From an uncultured Chloroflexia bacterium (lineage in GTDB: Bacteria; Chloroflexota; Limnocylindria; Limnocylindrales; CSP1-4), in the NCBI GenBank assembly GCA_963712745.1, contig CAVQJC010000010.1:64001-128000 (forward strand): a stretch of 64,000 nucleotides of DNA. Direction: 5' to 3'. This document shows, piece after piece, positions 60,785 through 64,000 of the stretch. Both the position numbers and the translations under genes were made by a program. The notes beneath the pieces were generated by a model, which saw only the letters and a program-made list of their open reading frames with translations, ran no database searches and had not been told where the DNA came from. The stretch's first letter is position 1. Each line of letters opens with the position of its first letter.

Positions 60785-61492
60785 TTAGCTCTGACTCGAC
60801 CGGCTCTCCCGCGGGTCGTCGTCGCGCTCGGCCAGGGTGCCGTCGAGGTCCAGGCTGAGCTGGTCACCTTCGAGGATGGCGCGGATGCGCTGGTAGGTGC
60901 GCCGGTGGTGGGGGCTGATACCCAGTGTCCGCAGGCCGGTCACATGGTCCCGAGTGGCGTAGCCGGCGTTGTGCTCCCAGCCATAGCCTGGATAGCGCAG
61001 CGCCAGCCGAGCCAGCAACCGGTCACGGGTGACCTTGGCGATGATCGAGGCACAGGCGATGGCATAGGACGAGGCATCACCCTTGACGATGGGCGTATAC
61101 GGCCCGATGTGTTCCTCAATGCCCGTGATCTTCTGGCCATCGATGAGCACATGGTCGTAGGGCGGCAGGCGGCGGAGGGCACGACGCATGGCCAGATGGG
61201 CGGCGTTGCGCACGTTGAGGGTCTCGATCTCGGCGACGGAGGCGGCGCCGATGCCCCAGGCCAGGCTGCGCTGCTTGATCTCGTCCGCGAGGCGCTCCCG
61301 CTGGGCTGCGCTGAGCGTCTTGGAGTCGCGCACGCCCTTGACCTTGCGGGCGTGGGGCCTGACCAGCACGGCAGCGGCCACGACCGGCGCGCAGAGGGCC
61401 CCGGTACCGACCTCATCGACGCCCACGACCAGGCGCGAACCGTCGCGCCAGAGCGCGAACTCGGCCTTGAGGTGGGGCTGACGGGGCGACAC
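60785..61492 (-). CDS. rnhB: Ribonuclease HII
   Basis: GVDEVG, DSKTLS, LIDG, KGD, ASIIAKVTRD, GY. Confidence 0.94.
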   Translation of the reverse strand: MSPRQPHLKAEFALWRDGSRLVVGVDEVGTGALCAPVVAAAVLVRPHARKVKGVRDSKTLSAAQRERLADEIKQRSLAWGIGAASVAEIETLNVRNAAHLAMRRALRRLPPYDHVLIDGQKITGIEEHIGPYTPIVKGDASSYAIACASIIAKVTRDRLLARLALRYPGYGWEHNAGYATRDHVTGLRTLGISPHHRRTYQRIRAILEGDQLSLDLDGTLAERDDDPRESRSSQS

Positions 61493-61588
61493 TGCCCGAT
61501 GCTACCGCCGTCCTGGACAGGCAGAGCTCCGGGCGAACCCGATCAGGCGAACGCCGGGAGCGACCGCAGCCCCGCCGCGGCGACGGGA

Positions 61589-61933
61589 CTAGGCGCGGCG
61601 CTCGCGGAGGGTGGCGGCCTTGCCGACGCGCTTGCGCAGGAAGTAGAGCTGCTTGCGGCGGACGACGCCGTGCCGCACGATCTGGATCTTCTCGATGCGC
61701 GGCGAGTTCACCTTGAAGGTGCGCTCCACGCCGACGCCGCTGCGCAGGGCGCGGACGGTGATGGAGCGGGTGATGCCGCCACCACGCATACGCATGACGG
61801 TGCCCTCGAAGACCTGGATGCGCTCGCGATTGCCCTCTACCACCTTCACCGAGACGCGCACGGTGTCACCGGGCTGGATCTCCGGCAGGTCGGTTCGGAT
61901 CTGGTCGGCGACGATCTCGTCGAGAACGGTCAC
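61589..61933 (-). CDS. rplS: 50S ribosomal protein L19
   Basis: [33 protein letters not shown]. Confidence 0.97.
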   Translation of the reverse strand: MTVLDEIVADQIRTDLPEIQPGDTVRVSVKVVEGNRERIQVFEGTVMRMRGGGITRSITVRALRSGVGVERTFKVNSPRIEKIQIVRHGVVRRKQLYFLRKRVGKAATLRERRA

Positions 61934-62065
61934 TTGGGTCACTTCCTGGTGCTGGTGCCACGACCGCATCGAATGCAGTGGGCATGCGTGGGCGGGGTCT
62001 ATCCGGCTGGGTCGATGGCGGAGTATAGCAGGCCCGTCGTCCGACGCGGTCAGCCGTGTGATTGC

Positions 62066-62755
62066 TCAGCCGGCTCGGTCGGCCTCCCCGGGCAGCAGGT
62101 CCGGCCGGTTCCGTCGCGTCCGCTCGAGGGCCTGCTCATGGCGCCACTCGTCCACGGCGCCATGGTTGCCCGACACGAGGATCTCCGGCACCGACACCCC
62201 GCGGAACTCCGGCGGGCGCGTCCACTGCGGGTACTCGAGCAGGCCCCGCGAGAATGACTCCTCCTCGGTTGAAGCTTCGTCGATGGCTCCCGGCAACAGG
62301 CGCAGCACCGCGTCGATGACCGCCAGCGCCGGGATCTCGCCGCCCGACACGACGTAGTCGCCGACGGAGAGCTCCAGGTCGACCATCGCGCGCACACGGT
62401 CGTCCACACCTTCGTAGCGCGGGCAGATGAGAACCAGGTGAGCACGTTCGCTGAGATCCTGGGCGCGTGCCTGGCGGAACACCTCACCGCCAGGGTCGAG
62501 CAGGATGCGGAAAGCAGCGGAGCCCTCGGGTGCGACCGCATCGAGCGCATCGGCGAGCGGTTCAGGGCGCAGGATCATGCCGGCACCACCGCCGTAGGGG
62601 TAGTCGTCGACCGAGCGGTGCTTGCCCAGGCCCCACTGGCGCAGGTCGTGGGCGCACAGCTTGGCGAGCCCGCGCTCGAGGGCGCGGCCCGGGATCGATT
62701 CGGCCAGGGGCCCGGGGAAGATGGCGGGGAATAGCGTGATGACGTCGATGCGCAT
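62066..62755 (-). CDS. trmD: tRNA (guanine37-N1)-methyltransferase
   Basis: [42 protein letters not shown]. Confidence 0.97.
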   Translation of the reverse strand: MRIDVITLFPAIFPGPLAESIPGRALERGLAKLCAHDLRQWGLGKHRSVDDYPYGGGAGMILRPEPLADALDAVAPEGSAAFRILLDPGGEVFRQARAQDLSERAHLVLICPRYEGVDDRVRAMVDLELSVGDYVVSGGEIPALAVIDAVLRLLPGAIDEASTEEESFSRGLLEYPQWTRPPEFRGVSVPEILVSGNHGAVDEWRHEQALERTRRNRPDLLPGEADRAG

Positions 62756-63414
62756 CAGGCCGGGTCCTGCGAGCCCGCGGGTTCCTCGGGCACCGCTTCG
62801 GAGGCCGGAGCCCCGGCCTTGGCCTTGCGCGAGGACCTGGCCGCCTTCGCAGCCTTGCGATCGCGGCGAGTGAGCTCGTGGCGGCGGCGGCGACGTGGTG
62901 GCTTGTCGGGCAGGTCCAGTGCGACGGGGTCGATGACGAAGCGGCCGGCCGGGGGGTCGAAGTCGACGACCACGTCCCTGGTGCCAGGCACCAGGATCTC
63001 GCCCAGCGGTCCACCCTGGACCACGTAGACCTCCCCTCCTCCGGCGCGGAAGACGTCGGCCACCTTGCCCAGCGCGTCTCCGGCGGTGGTCACCACCTCG
63101 AGGCCCTGGACCTGGTGCCAGTAGTAGCTTCCCTCGGGCAGCGGCTCGCCCGGTTCGGCCTCCAGGTAGCGGCCGCGCAGGTGTTCGGCCGACTCGCGCG
63201 ATGGCAGCTCCGAGAAACTGACGAGGAGCCCCAGCCTGGCCGGCCCCGTCCAGTCGATGGTCAGCGCCCGGGCGTCGCCCTCGGCGAACACGACGGAGCC
63301 GACGGCGAACCGATCGGGGTCGTCGCTCAGGACCTCGACACGGACGGCGCCTCGAAGCCCGTGGAGTCCGTGCACGAGACCGACCGTGACACGCTCGTCA
63401 GCGGGCGTCGCCAC
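62755..63414 (-). CDS. rimM: Ribosome maturation factor RimM
   Basis: HGLRG, YYWHQ..GLEV, PRC barrel; position in the rpsP operon. Confidence 0.92.
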   Translation of the reverse strand: MATPADERVTVGLVHGLHGLRGAVRVEVLSDDPDRFAVGSVVFAEGDARALTIDWTGPARLGLLVSFSELPSRESAEHLRGRYLEAEPGEPLPEGSYYWHQVQGLEVVTTAGDALGKVADVFRAGGGEVYVVQGGPLGEILVPGTRDVVVDFDPPAGRFVIDPVALDLPDKPPRRRRRHELTRRDRKAAKAARSSRKAKAGAPASEAVPEEPAGSQDPA

Positions 63415-63420
63415 GTCGCG

Positions 63421-63654
63421 CTAGACGATCTCCAGGGAGATGGGCTGGCCCTCGCGCGTGGCGACGACCTTCAGCAGGGTGCGCAGGGCCTTGGCCACGG
63501 AGCCGTTGCGGCCGATGACTTTGCCCATGTCGTCCTCGGCGACGGTGAGTTCGATGACCTGCCCGCCATCCTCTTCGTGGACCTCGACGCTGACCGCGTC
63601 GGGATCATCGACCAGGGACTTGGCTACGTAGGTGACCAGATCGACTGCTGCCAT
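63421..63654 (-). CDS. khpA: KH-domain RNA-binding protein KhpA
   Basis: LVDDPDAV, DMGKVIGRNG..AKALR. Confidence 0.93.
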   Translation of the reverse strand: MAAVDLVTYVAKSLVDDPDAVSVEVHEEDGGQVIELTVAEDDMGKVIGRNGSVAKALRTLLKVVATREGQPISLEIV

Positions 63655-63656
63655 GG

Positions 63657-63911
63657 CTACTTGAGGTCAGGCAGGATGCCGACCTGTCGGAAGAGCCGCT
63701 CCACGGTGGCGGAGGGCTTGGCGCCCTGTGCCATCCACTTGGTGGCCTTCTCAGCGTCGACGTTGATCTCGACGGGCTCGGCGCGCGGGTTGTAGTGACC
63801 CAGCGTCTCGATGGAGCGACCGTCACGGGCATTGCGGCTATCGGCAACGACGAAGCGGTAGCTGGGCTGCTTCTTCGCGCCGACTCGGGTGAGACGGATT
63901 CGGACTGCCAA
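63657..63911 (-). CDS. rpsP: 30S ribosomal protein S16
   Basis: [36 protein letters not shown]; TTG start after AGGAGG. Confidence 0.98.
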   Translation of the reverse strand: MAVRIRLTRVGAKKQPSYRFVVADSRNARDGRSIETLGHYNPRAEPVEINVDAEKATKWMAQGAKPSATVERLFRQVGILPDLK

Positions 63912-64000
63912 GGTGTTCTCAGAAACCTCCTGTGGGGCGACGGCGTTGCCGCGACGATGAAGTCCCGCGGGCATGGGCACGCCGGGCACCGCTAGGCGAT

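Noticed and set aside
63990-64000. 3' end of an upstream gene (ffh often precedes rpsP)
   Set aside because: Only a possible stop codon and a few bases are visible, which is not enough to call.

Overview
High-GC bacterial chromosomal segment. The gene order and protein styles (short EF-Ts, archaeal-type ProRS, tgt-recA-recX-rny-ymdB) suggest Chloroflexota; this is inference. The left third is transcribed mostly on the + strand (ruvB, ABC pair, tgt, recA, recX, rny, ymdB, PHP, GT, miaB, miaA, hflX). The right two-thirds is almost entirely on the - strand (rpsP-khpA-rimM-trmD-rplS-rnhB-yraN, rpsB-tsf-pyrH-frr-uppS-cdsA-dxr-rseP-ispG-proS, nusA-ylxR-infB-rbfA-nrnA-truB-ribF, rpsO-pnp, asd-udg-rnj-ftsK-rodZ-cinA-murC-yajQ). 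The two blocks converge on a 28-bp dif-like XerCD site at 19909-19936, so this is probably the replication terminus, surrounded by accessory genes. The most unusual observations are: (1) a PNPase with an apparently intact DnaQ-like DEDDh exonuclease domain inserted between its two RNase PH domains; (2) a cassette of an 'AYIDPGSG' membrane peptide and a NoeA-like kinase/methyltransferase, divergent from a secreted sulfatase; (3) a TGT with queuine-salvage-type substitutions and no adjacent queA; (4) unannotated small ORFs, a structured rny leader, an apparent ACG start for miaA and many leaderless genes. Three single-base frameshifts (a GT4, ribF, rseP) are probably sequencing errors. No tRNA, rRNA, CRISPR array or transposase was seen.
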